Positions 62,327 through 64,000 of a stretch of DNA of 64,000 nucleotides are shown one piece after another (position 1 is the first letter of the stretch; each line of letters opens with the position of its first letter). The DNA is from Eledone cirrhosa (taxonomy: Eukaryota): the NCBI GenBank assembly GCA_964016885.1, contig OZ024741.1:302064001-302128000 (forward strand). Reading direction: 5' to 3'. Under the pieces are notes generated by a model. It saw nothing but the letters and a program-made list of their open reading frames with translations, was not told where the DNA came from and ran no database searches. The translations under genes and the position numbers were made by a program.

Positions 62327-63129
62327 TATATATATATATATATATAGTAGAATAATCGAGTATCGAAAAATCGGCGCACGAGTTCACGATAAACAGAATT
62401 CGACATGAGTGGCAGAGGGCTCAATAATTCAGATAAATCAGAGCTATAACTATCGTTAAAATACCAACACACATAGATTATGTCTAAAATCAACCATACG
62501 ACCGAAAAATTACGATCCGGAAGATTCGGGTCACTCAGATAAAATATCAATAAATCATATGAATGTAAAAAGCTTACCCGGACCCACTAGAAAGATGGTA
62601 AATCTAGCTTCTTGGGTTTCTGTAAATCCTTAAATCGCCCACTATCAGCCCACATAAAAATATATAAGACTTCTAGAGAGCGGCGGACAGGAAATACTTT
62701 ATCAACGAGCATTGTCCAAACGAATAAAAAAGCACAACCCTAACTGAAAACGCACATGGAATCCAGCAAGGGAGATAACCTCTATATGACCCTCACATGT
62801 ACCCCGGCATCTATGGAGGAAACAGAAGAGTCACTGAATGTGACGTCCTAGATGAGACATCTGCCTCTTACCCAGGGACAACGGGTAAGACAATCTGGTC
62901 TCTTCCCATCAATTCTGGATAGATCAGCCGGCTCCAGAACTGAGCGGATATTTACCCAAACTAGGGCCGCTTAATGATCAGGTTTAGCTCGGTGTGGCGA
63001 CCAGCATTCAGGCGGCAAGTACTTCTAGGAACCTTATAAATCTAATACACAAAAATATATAATCAAAGCGAGAAGAAAAAAAAAACATCAATTCAACACG
63101 AAGTGTGTCAATCGATCACACACTATAAG

Positions 63130-63340
63130 AGTCATCGGAAATTGTTTGAGGTAAGCCAACACGCTCGCAGCATTACCACGGATGATAGCTAGGCTAAGGT
63201 ACTGAAACAACCAAGCAACCTCACGGTCATCACTTGACACCTCAGTAAGACGAGCCGCTAACAATGACAAGAACTTCGTTATCAGTGGCCCAGCTCCAAC
63301 AAAAGTCTCGAACGACACAGACTGGAAGAAATGGTTTATT
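63130..63340 (-). mobile_element. CRE-like RLE 3' fragment related to the 57-60 kb element
   Basis: FETFVGAGPL..KFLS.LAARL.EV...AWLFQYLSLAIIRGNAASVLA. Confidence 0.85.
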
Positions 63341-63874
63341 GATAAGCAATCTAATCTAATCTTTATCTGTTATTTTAGCCTCAGATCAGCCCCGACTCAG
63401 TAAATCTTTGAGCATTTCAGCTATTCCTATCCGTCTCATTATCATGACTATATGTTAAGGTGGTAGCTTGCGATTTAAATAAGGTTTGTCTACTATTTCT
63501 AACAAGTCGGGCTGCCACGACTTGTGGCAGTTTTAGTTGGTATCTAGCCGTAGGTGAATCTTGAATAAGTATACCTACAATCAAAAGCATTCCAACCATG
63601 ACCGATTTTGTTATTTTCAGGTATTGTGTGCCTCACACTACATAACCGATTGTAATTTTTTTAGGAGAGTAGGATTTGATTTAAAGATTTGATAGTCATT
63701 TCTAGTCGAGCGACCACGTAAAGGTTCCCTCGTAGTATTGATGAGTGACGATAACCAAACCTCGTTTTATAAACATTATTGAATGCATCTGGTGCCGTAT
63801 CCCAACAGTTATCGGACTACCTATGTGTAATTTATCGACGATTTTATTAATTTTATATTGACAATTATAATAAT

Positions 63875-64000
63875 AATTGTTTCTATTTTTGGAACAAGGC
63901 CAGCAATTACCCAGTACATTACTGGTACTTTATTTTATCGACCCCGTAAGGATGAAAGGCAAAGTTAACCTCGACGGGATTTGAACTCAGACCGTAATGG
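63875..64000 (-). mobile_element. SINE family 1 copy (truncated by the window edge)
   Basis: Near-identical to the 48220 copy. Confidence 0.88.

Overview
AT-rich, repeat-dense animal genomic DNA. The SINE/RTE families and microsatellite load suggest a cephalopod, probably Octopus (inference). One host gene dominates: a minus-strand alpha-N-acetylglucosaminidase (NAGLU, GH89), reconstructed by hand as 21 phase-consistent GT-AG coding exons (50749->8734) plus a probable 43-nt signal-peptide exon (55605->55563), about 744 aa in total. Both catalytic Glu residues are kept; the start ATG was not found. The rest is transposon-derived: a Helitron Rep/helicase remnant and non-autonomous Helitrons, R4/Dong-like RLE retrotransposons in microsatellites, CRE-like RLE elements (one near full length with an N-terminal PHD finger), RTE, CR1/L2, Tc1/mariner and hAT-like remnants, a Penelope-like element (RT + GIY-YIG), MITEs and at least three SINE families. 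Most notable: a well-formed hammerhead ribozyme in the Penelope 3' region (62185-62234), a 280-bp palindrome with a second hammerhead-like core (2108-2389), PHD fingers in two unrelated non-LTR clades, an Asp->Gly change next to the NAGLU catalytic Glu, and an unexplained hairpin chain at 62.8-63.0 kb. All calls were made by eye without database searches.
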